This document shows positions 19,671 through 30,015 of a stretch of 64,000 bases of DNA, piece after piece. Position 1 is the first letter of the stretch; every line of letters begins with the position of its first letter. The position numbers and the translations under genes are program-made. Below the pieces are notes generated by a model. That model made no database searches and was not told the DNA's origin. It saw nothing but the letters and a program-made list of their open reading frames with translations. The DNA comes from a virus, in the IMG/VR virus record IMGVR_UViG_3300011335_000900, positions 32,001-96,000 of that record, one strand, 5' to 3'.

Positions 19671-19985
19671 ATGTCAAGATATTCAAGAATTAATATAATA
19701 TCAACCCCCGAATCTCCTAAACTAAGGTATGTAAATGTTATTTACCCACAAATCCCCCTTGGTTCTCAAGATATTTATGTGTATACTACACAAGGTGATA
19801 GATATGATTCTTTAGCTTTAACATTTTATAAAGATTCAAGTTTATGGTGGATAATAAATCGTGCAAATCCTAACCAAGATTCTGCATCTTTATTTCCTTC
19901 AGTTGGAGCACAATTAAGAATACCCGCTCCTGTTCGGTTATCAAGCATAATATCACTTTATGAAAGATTAAATGGTATTACATAA
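19671..19985 (+). CDS. LysM-type baseplate wedge protein
   Basis: GDRYDSLALTFYKDSSLWWIINRAN...GAQLRIP. Confidence 0.8.
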   Translation: MSRYSRINIISTPESPKLRYVNVIYPQIPLGSQDIYVYTTQGDRYDSLALTFYKDSSLWWIINRANPNQDSASLFPSVGAQLRIPAPVRLSSIISLYERLNGIT

Positions 19986-19995
19986 AAAGTAAAAA

Positions 19996-22900
19996 ATGGC
20001 AGTAATAGGTGAAGAGTTAGAAGGTTATGTAATAAACCAAATTAAGGCCCGTCAAACTTTACACGGTAGTGGAGTAGGCCATACTGGTACCCTTAGAACA
20101 GATAAACAAATAAACTTATTAAATTCTAATACATCTTGGATAAAACTAGCATCTGGAGTTTCTGTAAATGAAACAAGACTAAAAGATATTGATATAGACA
20201 ATTCCGATTTAAAAGATATGGGATTAGCTAAAAATAACATATTATTTTCTGGTATTTCTAAACTTTCTTCACAAACAGTAGAGGGAAACTCTTATACTCA
20301 ATTAGAACAAAGAGAAGGATTTTTACCAAGAAATGATAACAGTTCATATACTTATGGTTCTTTTGGATTTTCTCCAATGCCTGGAATTATTAGTGCTGAT
20401 ATTAAAACATTAACTAGAGGTTCACTTAAAAAAGCAACAGTTAAATTAATAGCAAATAATAAGCAACAATTTGATATTATTGATTTGCTTTATATGCGAT
20501 TAGGATATACGGTTTTACTTGAATGGGGTAATAGTATTTATACCACTACTGGTTTTGATAAAGAAATTTTACGTAATACTTTAATTGAAGAAAAATTTTT
20601 TGAATCTGCTGGAAGTGATTCATATTTTACATTTCTTGAAGATATTGAAAATAAAAGAGATAAATACGAAGGAAATTACGATGCTTTATTAGGTAAAGTA
20701 TCAAATTTTAATTGGTCATTTAATACTGATGGATCTTATGATATTGAATTAACTATAATTAGTTTAGGAGATGTTATTGAATCATTAAAATCAAATTTAT
20801 CGGTTGATACAAAAACCCTTGAATTTTTAAACACATTTAAAACAAACACCTCAGAAATTGCAGCAATAGATCCACCAGATCCTACAGTTGATGAAGAAGA
20901 TAGCAGTGCCGATATTATAACAGCAATGCTTGCTATATATAAATTTGTAAATAGAACCCAAGAAACAGGAACTAATGTTCAAATAATAGGAGCTGATGGG
21001 ACGCAACATGACGTAGGACTTTTATTAGATAATGACGACTCGGGAGATGGACAATATGTTGCATCTTCATCAACAGATTATGTACTTTCAAAAACCTTTA
21101 AAATTAAAGTATATTCAAATGCTAATGGTTTAAGTTCAATTAGTTATAAAGGAACAGGAAGATATAAAGTTACTCAAACATTTTCATCAAATAATGATGA
21201 AATTGGGAAAGATGATGCAGTAAAGAAAAAAAATGAATTCCAAAAAGCCACAAACGAATTAACTATTAATCAATTAATAAAAGGAGGTCAAGTAGGGGAA
21301 TTAGTAATAACTGAACTTGAAAAACTTACAGTAATACAAGCTACTAAAACTGGAGGAGTTTTTACTTATGTTGATGTATCTGATAGAACAGAAACTTTTG
21401 CAAATAATGAAGATCTTACTAAAAAAACAAAATCACCCTTAAAAGTAGAAAGAAACTCAGATACAAAAACTATACCAAATCCATTAGTTAACTTTGGATG
21501 GAATGATGCCTTTAAACTTTTAACAAAAGACTCTCCAATCTATTATATTAGATTTGGAGCATTATTAGAATACATTAAAGATAATATTATTATAAAAATA
21601 GCTAATACAAAAAAGGATCCTTTATTTGATATAGATTTTAGTGAATGGGATACTTATATGTATTCTTTACCAAATCAAATATCACTAGATCCAAGAGTAT
21701 GCATTGTTCGTAATAATAATATAGAAGTAGGAATTCCTGATAAAAAAACTCAAGCTTTTACTAAACTACAATATTTTAAAGTAGTAGATGCAGGGATTAG
21801 TAATGATAATGCTGCATTTACTTTAAATATTTATTTAAATTTTGATTTTGTATTAGAGTGTTTAAAAGTCGATAATAAAGGAAATGTTAGTGTATATGAA
21901 TTAATTTCTAATATATGTACAGGATTAAATAGAGCATTAGGTGGAATAAATAATTTAGAACCTATAATAGATGAAACAGATAATACACTCCGAATCATTG
22001 ACACTACCCCCATTCCTGGACACTCAGCAGAAGCTAATTTTTCAGAATATAAACTTCAAATATATGGATACGATAAAATAGCTAACGATTATATTTCTAA
22101 TTTTGTTCGTAAAGTTGATTTAAAAACAGCTATAACTCCTGAATATGCTACTATGATTACAGTTGGATCAACAGCTGGAGGATATGTTAAAGGAACAGAA
22201 GCAACAGCATTTTCTAAATGGAATATTGGTTTAACAGATCGATTTAAAGAAGAACTCCTCCCACCAGATGGAATAAAAAATAATACTGACACAAATGAAG
22301 CTGCATTAAATTATGTAGACATTTTTTATTACCCAAAAGGAAGAGCTAATCGTTTTGGTATCAATGACTTTGGATCAGGTATGAAACTTTCCGATAATAT
22401 TATAGAAAAAAATCTTTCTATAGTAACAGAATATTACAAATGGTTAATAGCATATTCATCCCCAGATGATAAACCATCAGGGGGAACAGTTGGATTTATT
22501 CCTTTTAAATTAGGTTTAACTTTAGATGGTATTTCGGGAATAAAAATATATAACGTTTTACGCATTAACACCGAATTTTTACCAAAAGCATATGGTAAAA
22601 CAGTTGACTTGATTGTAACAGGTGTTTCTCATAGATTAAGTAATAATGATTGGGAAACATCTATTGAATCTACTGTTATGCCAAAAACAGGAGAAATGGC
22701 TTTAGTAACAATTACTGCGGAACAGGCTGCAACTAGTATAAATAATGCTACTACAATTACCTCTTGTAAATCTCTTCCACCATCTAAAGGATTATCTAAT
22801 TCTGTTAAAGGTTTAATTAAAGCTTCAACAACTAAAGATAGTATTATAGTTCAAGCTATTGTTGATAATCTTGAAGGAGGATATTACCACCCAACCCATG

Positions 22901-23502
22901 CATTTAGTTTTAGTCAAACAGATAGAAATACATATAAAAACTCGGGAGAAACTTTATATGGATTAGATAGATATGCTGGAAATAATGAAGGAATAAGAAA
23001 AGGCCCTAAAAATCAATCTGGAATAGATTTCTGGGCAGCAGTAGATGCTATATCAGGAAATGGATCTTATAAAGATACTAGTAGAACTGTAAAGACAGGC
23101 CAATGGAATATTAAAAAATACCCTAAAAAATCAGGTATATGGTCTTGGAACTACATGCCTAAAAAATCAGAAAGTGGATATGATAATCTTCAAAAGAATT
23201 TAACTAAATATATTACTAATTCTTATAATTCATTGTTTAATAAATACCTTGCAGGTCATCCTGTAGGGCAATTAGTACAAAATGATGGTAGACTTAAATT
23301 TATGTATTATCGAGCTACTTGGAATGGAAGTGGTTTCTTTCAAAAATATGCTTCTAACTTAAAAGCAGTATATGATAAAGGAGAAAAAAATATTGACAAT
23401 TTAATTTGCGCAGATTTAACATTCCGATATAACACTAAAGCACCAGCATTTAAGCCTGGAGTATCTAAAATATCATTTATGATGGATTATAAAAAACCTT
23501 AA
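19996..23502 (+). CDS. Large baseplate hub protein with C-terminal lysozyme-like domain
   Basis: PMPGIISADIK..GSLKKATV and GYTVLLEWG hub-like motifs; C-terminal EGGYYHP...SGETLYGLD resembles GH108-type muramidase. Confidence 0.6.
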   Translation: MAVIGEELEGYVINQIKARQTLHGSGVGHTGTLRTDKQINLLNSNTSWIKLASGVSVNETRLKDIDIDNSDLKDMGLAKNNILFSGISKLSSQTVEGNSYTQLEQREGFLPRNDNSSYTYGSFGFSPMPGIISADIKTLTRGSLKKATVKLIANNKQQFDIIDLLYMRLGYTVLLEWGNSIYTTTGFDKEILRNTLIEEKFFESAGSDSYFTFLEDIENKRDKYEGNYDALLGKVSNFNWSFNTDGSYDIELTIISLGDVIESLKSNLSVDTKTLEFLNTFKTNTSEIAAIDPPDPTVDEEDSSADIITAMLAIYKFVNRTQETGTNVQIIGADGTQHDVGLLLDNDDSGDGQYVASSSTDYVLSKTFKIKVYSNANGLSSISYKGTGRYKVTQTFSSNNDEIGKDDAVKKKNEFQKATNELTINQLIKGGQVGELVITELEKLTVIQATKTGGVFTYVDVSDRTETFANNEDLTKKTKSPLKVERNSDTKTIPNPLVNFGWNDAFKLLTKDSPIYYIRFGALLEYIKDNIIIKIANTKKDPLFDIDFSEWDTYMYSLPNQISLDPRVCIVRNNNIEVGIPDKKTQAFTKLQYFKVVDAGISNDNAAFTLNIYLNFDFVLECLKVDNKGNVSVYELISNICTGLNRALGGINNLEPIIDETDNTLRIIDTTPIPGHSAEANFSEYKLQIYGYDKIANDYISNFVRKVDLKTAITPEYATMITVGSTAGGYVKGTEATAFSKWNIGLTDRFKEELLPPDGIKNNTDTNEAALNYVDIFYYPKGRANRFGINDFGSGMKLSDNIIEKNLSIVTEYYKWLIAYSSPDDKPSGGTVGFIPFKLGLTLDGISGIKIYNVLRINTEFLPKAYGKTVDLIVTGVSHRLSNNDWETSIESTVMPKTGEMALVTITAEQAATSINNATTITSCKSLPPSKGLSNSVKGLIKASTTKDSIIVQAIVDNLEGGYYHPTHAFSFSQTDRNTYKNSGETLYGLDRYAGNNEGIRKGPKNQSGIDFWAAVDAISGNGSYKDTSRTVKTGQWNIKKYPKKSGIWSWNYMPKKSESGYDNLQKNLTKYITNSYNSLFNKYLAGHPVGQLVQNDGRLKFMYYRATWNGSGFFQKYASNLKAVYDKGEKNIDNLICADLTFRYNTKAPAFKPGVSKISFMMDYKKP

Positions 23503-23507
23503 TAAAG

Positions 23508-24110
23508 ATGTACTACCCAAAATCTCAAATTAAACCAAATCTTTACACTAATGGAGAAGAATTTATCCTTTCTACTACTAAAGAAACCTATAAAGGACCT
23601 TACTACAAAATATCTTCAGGTAAGCAATATACTGGAAAAAATCCTCAAGATAAGCCTAATATTTTATTAATTTATTTTAATCAAATAAGCGAAACAAATC
23701 CACAAAATGAAAATGAATATACTCCTGTTGATATTATAGTCCCATTAATTAATAATGAATATTCTATATTAACTCCTCCTTTTAGAAATATCCCATTATT
23801 TAATCCTACATTACCAACTGATCAAGATAAACAAAACGGACAATTTAATAGATATTTCTGTAAAAAAACAAATGAATTAAAATATTTAGAAATAGATAAA
23901 GAAACACACACTAAATTACAAGCTAAAGATCCAAAAATAGCATGGGATTTATATGAACCTGCTTCTTTATTATGGGTTATTAAAGGAAATCAAGAAACAG
24001 TATTTAATACAAATAAATCATCTGTTTTTAAAATTGAACAAAACCAAAGATGGAATGGATTTTCCCAATACTTTAAAGAAAATTATTTAAAATATTACTT
24101 GGGATCATAA
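23508..24110 (+). CDS. Hypothetical protein, probably baseplate-associated
   Basis: Follows the hub gene closely; LYTNGEEF..YKGPYY motif. Confidence 0.45.
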   Translation: MYYPKSQIKPNLYTNGEEFILSTTKETYKGPYYKISSGKQYTGKNPQDKPNILLIYFNQISETNPQNENEYTPVDIIVPLINNEYSILTPPFRNIPLFNPTLPTDQDKQNGQFNRYFCKKTNELKYLEIDKETHTKLQAKDPKIAWDLYEPASLLWVIKGNQETVFNTNKSSVFKIEQNQRWNGFSQYFKENYLKYYLGS

Positions 24111-24128
24111 AATATAGTTTGTATCTTT
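24099..24128 (+). promoter_or_regulatory. Bacteroidota-type (-33 TTG / -7 TAnnTT) host-RNAP promoter; one of 13 copies
   Basis: TTG at 13152, 24099, 28031, 31031, 39187, 47991, 51029, 51590, 54435, 55277, 56448, 60098, 61950, each with TAnnTT starting exactly 23 nt later. Confidence 0.8.
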
Positions 24129-24133
24129 AAAGT

Positions 24134-25381
24134 ATGTATTGGCTTATAGAAGATATTGAACATATAGAAACAATTTGTCGCACTAAGCACCAAGTAGCTT
24201 ATATCGATATTATCCCATGCTCACATACACTTCACCCTGTTGAAAACAGTGTATGTGCTATTTATCTTCGTTTTGAAAACGACAATAAAGGATATATTAT
24301 TTCTGTAAACCATAGCGAAACAATAAATTTTGATTTAGAGACAGTAGAGAGAGTATTAAATAGTATAGAAAAAATCAATGTAAGAGATAAAAAAGAATTT
24401 TTACATTATTTCTGTCTCAAGCATGTTTACCAACCACCCCCCACCCCTCATCCGTATATACCTCAATTAACACCTGCTCATAACCATATTTACAATAAGC
24501 ATCTAAATATACAAGATTTAAACACAATAGTGCCGATTGTAAAACACTATGAAGTATGTGAACAAAACTATTTAAACTTTAAAGAAGATGTAAATCCGTT
24601 TTATAATAAAGCAGCAACCGTGTTTGCTCAACTCGAACAAGCGGGTATAAAAATAGACCAAACTAAATTCGAGCAGTACTTCAATAAAGAGGTAAACGAG
24701 TTTATATACACGCAATATAACCTAAATACACTAACAACAAGACCCTCCAACGCATTTGGAGGAATTAATTTTTCAGCTTTAAATAAAGACAATGGAGAAA
24801 GAGAATGTTTTATACCGCGCAATGATCTTTTTATTGAAATGGACATTAGTGCTTATCATCCTAGTATTATTGCCAATTTACTTAATTACACTTTCGATAG
24901 TGGTGATGTTCATGGCTCTTTTGCTAAAATGTATGGAGTGGATTACGCCAAAGCAAAAGAAATCACGTTTAAACAAATTTATGGAGGAGTTTGGAAAGAA
25001 TATCAAGAACTTCCTTTCTTTAAAAAAGTAATAGCATATACTGATGATTTATGGGATACATTTAACTATGGTGGATATATTGAATGTCCAATTTCAAAGC
25101 ATAAATTTGTAAAAAGTGAAATGGAAAATATGAATCCACAAAAACTCTTAAATTACTTACTCCAAAACTTGGAAACCGCAAATAATGTTTGTATACTATA
25201 TGAAATATTTAAAATATTACGAGGGAAAAATACTAAACTCGTATTGTATGTTTACGATTCATTTTTATTTGATTTTGATGAAAATGAAAAAGACGTAATA
25301 GAACAAATATCTAAAATAATAAATGGTAAAAATTTTCAATTTAAAATTAAAACCGGCACAAACTACAATAATATAAAATAA
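24134..25381 (+). CDS. Miniature family A DNA polymerase-like protein
   Basis: TLTTRPSN (cf. TGRLSS), motif A DISAYHP, motif B AKAKEITFKQIYGG, motif C VYDS; thumb region nearly absent. Confidence 0.75.
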   Translation: MYWLIEDIEHIETICRTKHQVAYIDIIPCSHTLHPVENSVCAIYLRFENDNKGYIISVNHSETINFDLETVERVLNSIEKINVRDKKEFLHYFCLKHVYQPPPTPHPYIPQLTPAHNHIYNKHLNIQDLNTIVPIVKHYEVCEQNYLNFKEDVNPFYNKAATVFAQLEQAGIKIDQTKFEQYFNKEVNEFIYTQYNLNTLTTRPSNAFGGINFSALNKDNGERECFIPRNDLFIEMDISAYHPSIIANLLNYTFDSGDVHGSFAKMYGVDYAKAKEITFKQIYGGVWKEYQELPFFKKVIAYTDDLWDTFNYGGYIECPISKHKFVKSEMENMNPQKLLNYLLQNLETANNVCILYEIFKILRGKNTKLVLYVYDSFLFDFDENEKDVIEQISKIINGKNFQFKIKTGTNYNNIK

Positions 25382-25431
25382 GTATTAGGAGTATAATAGA
25401 CTTTTTTGTACATTTTAATATGTATAATAAA

Positions 25432-26118
25432 ATGGAAAATTTAAAAATTTGCTGTGAATGTAATATATCACTCACATTAAAACATTTTAGTAAAAATAAA
25501 AACACTAAAGATGGATATAATAATAGATGTAAATCTTGTTGTAGTTTTAGAAATAAAAAAAGATATGAACTAAACAAAGATAATATTAAAATTAAATGTA
25601 ATCAATATTATCATAGTAATAAAGAAATCATTAAAAATAAACAAATAGGAAAAATTAATTCATATCAAAAAAATAAAGAATGGCATTTAATTTATCGAGA
25701 AAAACACAAACAAAAATATCTTCAATATATTAAAGAATATCAAAAAATTAATCAACCTATAAAATATGCTACGGATTTAACATATAGAACTAAAAAATTA
25801 ATAGGAAACCAAATTAGAAATTTTTTAAAAGGAAATAAAAATAAAAAAACTGAAATACTTTTAGGATATTCATATCAAAACTTTATTAAAAATATAGGGA
25901 TTCCTAAAAAAAACGAACATATTGATCATAAAATACCAATAACCTGGTTTAAAGATATAACCCCAATCAACATTATTTGGAGTTTAGAAAATCTTCAAAT
26001 AGTTGATCAATTTTATAATCAATCAAAATCAAATAGATTTTTTGATATTGTTTCTTTAAAATATTTAAATATTGTTAAAATTTATATAAAAGAAGAATAT
26101 CAAAATAAATTAAATTAA
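25432..26118 (+). CDS. Free-standing HNH homing endonuclease
   Basis: N-terminal CxxC..CxxC Zn finger; EHIDHKIP...NLQ..N.SKSN HNH core; likely start at 25432 behind the late promoter at 25418. Confidence 0.85.
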   Translation: MENLKICCECNISLTLKHFSKNKNTKDGYNNRCKSCCSFRNKKRYELNKDNIKIKCNQYYHSNKEIIKNKQIGKINSYQKNKEWHLIYREKHKQKYLQYIKEYQKINQPIKYATDLTYRTKKLIGNQIRNFLKGNKNKKTEILLGYSYQNFIKNIGIPKKNEHIDHKIPITWFKDITPINIIWSLENLQIVDQFYNQSKSNRFFDIVSLKYLNIVKIYIKEEYQNKLN

Positions 26119-26134
26119 ATTAAAGTTATTAAAA

Positions 26135-26605
26135 ATGTTATATTCCGAACCTAACCTTAATATGTATAGTATATATCCACCATTGGAATATGATTTTGAT
26201 AATATATTAAACTATATGTCTAGCAATAGGTTGTTTTGCACTTTCTCCCCATTAGATGATTTAGATTCATTGATAAATGGACTTACATCACGTTATACAA
26301 TAATGTATAACAAAATGTTTGTGCTACATATTAAAAGCAACAATGAGTATGTTGTAACATACAATGTAGATCAAGGAAACATAAACGACATTCCAGACAA
26401 TACAATTTTAGTACATAGAAAAAAAGATTCCAACACACTCTATACAATTAATGCTTTAAATGAATTAATTAAAAAATTAAATGGTGGAGCAGTGGATACA
26501 AATTACCCAGTAAATTGGCAACATTACAGAAATTGTATATTGTTGACCCAACACAATGAAATTAAGCAACTTAATACAAAGATTTTTAAAATTATTGAAT
26601 TATGA
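26135..26605 (+). CDS. Hypothetical protein (NRLFCTF, VHRKKDSNTLYTINALN); real start possibly 26216
   Basis: Open frame with motif-like segments; a late promoter motif at 26160 lies inside the annotated 5' end. Confidence 0.6.
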   Translation: MLYSEPNLNMYSIYPPLEYDFDNILNYMSSNRLFCTFSPLDDLDSLINGLTSRYTIMYNKMFVLHIKSNNEYVVTYNVDQGNINDIPDNTILVHRKKDSNTLYTINALNELIKKLNGGAVDTNYPVNWQHYRNCILLTQHNEIKQLNTKIFKIIEL

Positions 26606-27153
26606 AGTTGTTAGATATATTAAGAGAATCAATTTCCTCTAACATATATAAAATTACATTTAATGATGATGAATTTGATATTGAAGGATCTAATTTAAAT
26701 GAAATATTAAAAATACCTAATTTAACATATGATATGGGTGGGGGGGAAAATGTTTATTATCCTTCTTCAAATGTTGTTGCTGTTGATTATATCGATGTTA
26801 ATGATTATGCTAGGTGGACTTTAGATGAATGGGGCGATGAATTAAGTGTAAAATATTACATATTACAAGATTTAAATATTCCATTTTCTTTCCCAAAAGC
26901 AAACGAAATCATTTTATCTAAAGTAGTAATTTATATAAAGAATATAGAAGCTTTAGCCCAATCAGTAAATAATTCATTAAAACCTAATGGAAAAATTGAA
27001 TTTTTTGCAGAACATGGGAAAAATACTTTAAGTAAAAAAGATATAAATTTTCTTCAAATATTAAATGAAAAATATTCTTTTCAATTTGAAAACAATCAAA
27101 CAATAGATCAATTAAAAAAAGATCCAACCCAAAGAATATACTTAAAAAAATAA
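26602..27153 (+). CDS. Class I SAM-methyltransferase-like protein with capsid-type leader
   Basis: YDMGGG..VVAVDY and SLKPNGKIEF motifs; N-terminus MKLLDILRES. Confidence 0.5.
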   Translation: MKLLDILRESISSNIYKITFNDDEFDIEGSNLNEILKIPNLTYDMGGGENVYYPSSNVVAVDYIDVNDYARWTLDEWGDELSVKYYILQDLNIPFSFPKANEIILSKVVIYIKNIEALAQSVNNSLKPNGKIEFFAEHGKNTLSKKDINFLQILNEKYSFQFENNQTIDQLKKDPTQRIYLKK

Positions 27154-27154
27154 A

Positions 27155-28030
27155 ATGACACAAGAACAACTCCGTATGCAAATGTTGGCTGGTATCATTA
27201 CTAAAGATCAATATAAAGCTAAATTAAATGAAGATTCTTCTGATAAATTAACTCTATATCTTTATACCCAAACCCCCATAGGCTGGGAAGGAGTAACTCT
27301 AATAAACTCAGTATTATGTGAAGTATCATATTCAAGTGGTAAGTTTGATTATGTATCTCTTAGAAAATATAAACCTACCAAAATAGATAAATTTGCAATA
27401 GATCACAGGAATTTTTCCGAAAGTGAATATGAAATTGTTACATCTTATTTAGATAAATTAAATATCCAATATAATCAATATCTTTATATAAAAGATGCAA
27501 GTAGTTATTCAAATATAGAAACTATTTTTACAAAAAATCCCCCAAACTTTGTTCCAAAAGATATAAAATTAAACACTGAAATATTAGATTTTTTTATAAA
27601 AAGAGATAATCCTGAACAAATTGAAGGAGATATTGTTTATGGAGATGTTTATGATTTTGGAGGTGCTGAAGGACCAATAGATAGTTCTCAAGCGGTTGTA
27701 GTAGATCTTTATTTAACCCCTAAACAAAAGAAAAATCCTTCTAAGTTTATAGAAGCTGATTTGAGTAAATATGTTGAACTTCCCCCAAAAAATGGAATTA
27801 ATATTTTTTCTGCAGTAGCTCAAATTAATTCTCCTAATAATCTATCAAAAACTATTAAACATGCCTTAAAACCTGGAGGGTTATTAGTTATTAAAGATCA
27901 TTTAGGAGCAGTTCAAAATCTTTTAAAATACTTAAAAGAATTTAAACTTTTAGAATTTGAATATGTTGATATAGAAGATGAAGAAAATATTACTTTATCT
28001 GATCAAATTTTTGTAGTATTAAAAAAATAG
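27155..28030 (+). CDS. Class I SAM-methyltransferase-like protein with scaffold-like leader
   Basis: YDFGGAEG..VVVDL and ALKPGGLLVIKD; N-terminus LRMQMLAGII. Confidence 0.55.
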   Translation: MTQEQLRMQMLAGIITKDQYKAKLNEDSSDKLTLYLYTQTPIGWEGVTLINSVLCEVSYSSGKFDYVSLRKYKPTKIDKFAIDHRNFSESEYEIVTSYLDKLNIQYNQYLYIKDASSYSNIETIFTKNPPNFVPKDIKLNTEILDFFIKRDNPEQIEGDIVYGDVYDFGGAEGPIDSSQAVVVDLYLTPKQKKNPSKFIEADLSKYVELPPKNGINIFSAVAQINSPNNLSKTIKHALKPGGLLVIKDHLGAVQNLLKYLKEFKLLEFEYVDIEDEENITLSDQIFVVLKK

Positions 28031-28088
28031 TTGGCTTAGCAAATAAAGGTTATTATATTTAGTTGTAAACAATAAAAAATAGTTATAT

Positions 28089-28907
28089 ATGAATCTAGAT
28101 GCAATCAAGAAGAAACTTGAATCCATGCAGTCCAAACCAACAGGGGGAGGTGCAAACAATCAAACCAAGCGATTTAAACCGCAAATTGGTAAACAAACGG
28201 TACGTGTTGTTCCGTTCAAATACAACAAGGAATTTCCATTCACGGAAATGAAATTTTACTATGGAATTGGTAGTAAAAAAGTAATTGCTTCTCCATTAAA
28301 TTGGGGTGAAAAAGATCCAATTGCTGAATTTGCAAAACAACTTCGTGGTACAAATGACAAAGAAAATTGGAGATTAGCTAAGAAATTAGACCCTAAAAAC
28401 CGTATTTTTGCTCCTGTAATTGTACGTGGTGAAGAGTCGGAAGGAGTTCAAATGTGGGAATTTGGTAAAGAAATTTACGAAGCATTTTTACAAATGGCCG
28501 CAGATGAAGAAGTAGGTGATTTTACAGACATTATGATGGGACGTGACATTAAGTTAGTTACAGTTGGACCTGATTCTACAGGAACAGTTTATAACAAAAC
28601 TACAATTACACCTTCTATGAAAACATCACCATTAACTGAAGATGAAAAATCTTTAGAATTATGGTTAGAGGATCAAGTTAATCCAAAAGAATCTTACAAA
28701 ATGCTTCCATTTGATGAAATCAAAGCAGCACTTGCAGAATGGTTAAATCCTGAAGAGGAAGAAGAATTTACTCCTGCTGATGGAAAATTAACAGTAGAGG
28801 AAAAACCAAAATCAAATTACAGTTTAACTACAAAACCAGAATCTAAGAAATCTAAAGCAGATAATTTTGATGCTTTATTTGAAGAAGATGATGATTTGCC
28901 ATTTTAA
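28089..28907 (+). CDS. Single-stranded DNA binding protein (gp32-like)
   Basis: Typical gp32-like layout (VRVVPF, WEFGKEIY, GRDIKL); acidic tail ending DDDLPF. Confidence 0.8.
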   Translation: MNLDAIKKKLESMQSKPTGGGANNQTKRFKPQIGKQTVRVVPFKYNKEFPFTEMKFYYGIGSKKVIASPLNWGEKDPIAEFAKQLRGTNDKENWRLAKKLDPKNRIFAPVIVRGEESEGVQMWEFGKEIYEAFLQMAADEEVGDFTDIMMGRDIKLVTVGPDSTGTVYNKTTITPSMKTSPLTEDEKSLELWLEDQVNPKESYKMLPFDEIKAALAEWLNPEEEEEFTPADGKLTVEEKPKSNYSLTTKPESKKSKADNFDALFEEDDDLPF

Positions 28908-28920
28908 TTTATATTAAAAT

Positions 28921-30015
28921 ATGGCAAAAACAATAACAACTAGAAAATCGCTAACTGAAGCGGCGGATAAAGAATTAAAATCCGCCTTTAGTTTAGACAA
29001 ATTTAAAGCGAATAAAGGTTTAGCATCTAATGTTAAATTCAAAGAACAAAAGTGGATACCATTTTCACCAGCGTTACAAGAAGCTTTATCTATTCCTGGA
29101 ATCCCTTTAGGCCATAATTCAATGGTTAGAGGAAAAAGTAACACAGGAAAATCTACTATGACCATTGAAGTAGCAGTTAATGCTCAAAAAATGGGAATAT
29201 TACCTGTATTAATCATCACTGAGATGAAACACGATTGGAACCACTGGAAAACAATGGGGTTTGAAATCGATGATGTAGTTGATACCGATACAGGAGAAAT
29301 AGTAGATCAAACTGGATTCTTTATTTACAGAGATAGAAGCTCTTTAAATTCAATTGAAGATATTGCTACATTCATAATTGATTTATTAACTGAACAAAAG
29401 AAAGGTAATCTACCATATGATTTACTCTTTATATGGGATTCAGTTGGTTCAATTCCTTGTGACATGTCCATTAATCAGGGGAAAAACAACCCAATGTGGA
29501 ACGCAGGAGCAATCGCAACTCAATTCGGTAACTTTATCAATCAACAGATTGTAATGTCTCGTAAGGAAAGTTCAAAATACACGAATACTCTGTTTATTGT
29601 AAACAAAGTAGGTGTAGCACCTGCCTTAACTCCAATGTCACAACCTAGAATGACAAACAAAGGTGGAGATACATTTTATTACGATGTTTCTTTATGTTTA
29701 ACATTTGGTAACGTTACAAATGCAGGTACATCAAAAATCAATGCTGTTAAAGATAAGAAAAAAGTTGAATTCGCATTACGTACTAAAATTGCTTGTGATA
29801 AAAATCACATTAATGGAATTACTACAATGGGAACTATTATATCAACAGTACATGGATTTATTAAAGATGACCCAAATGCAGTTAAAAAATATAAAGATGC
29901 ACACGTTAAAGAATGGGCAGATATATTGGGACAAGGTAACTACTCAGTCCAAGAAGATACTAGTGAGTGGGATGAAAAAGTAGCTACCCCAGATTTATTT
30001 GAAACCGAAGATTAA
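28921..30015 (+). CDS. uvsX: RecA/UvsX-like recombinase
   Basis: GKSNTGKST Walker A, IWDSVGS Walker B, KGG..FYY, KNH. Confidence 0.85.
   Translation: MAKTITTRKSLTEAADKELKSAFSLDKFKANKGLASNVKFKEQKWIPFSPALQEALSIPGIPLGHNSMVRGKSNTGKSTMTIEVAVNAQKMGILPVLIITEMKHDWNHWKTMGFEIDDVVDTDTGEIVDQTGFFIYRDRSSLNSIEDIATFIIDLLTEQKKGNLPYDLLFIWDSVGSIPCDMSINQGKNNPMWNAGAIATQFGNFINQQIVMSRKESSKYTNTLFIVNKVGVAPALTPMSQPRMTNKGGDTFYYDVSLCLTFGNVTNAGTSKINAVKDKKKVEFALRTKIACDKNHINGITTMGTIISTVHGFIKDDPNAVKKYKDAHVKEWADILGQGNYSVQEDTSEWDEKVATPDLFETED

Noticed and set aside
24431-24455. C-rich patch in the mini PolA gene
   Set aside because: Encodes a Pro-rich linker (QPPPTPHP); no independent signal
26740-26746. G7 tract as a phase-variation switch
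   Set aside because: Short, in frame and explained by the Gly-Gly-Gly motif; no evidence of slippage from one sequence
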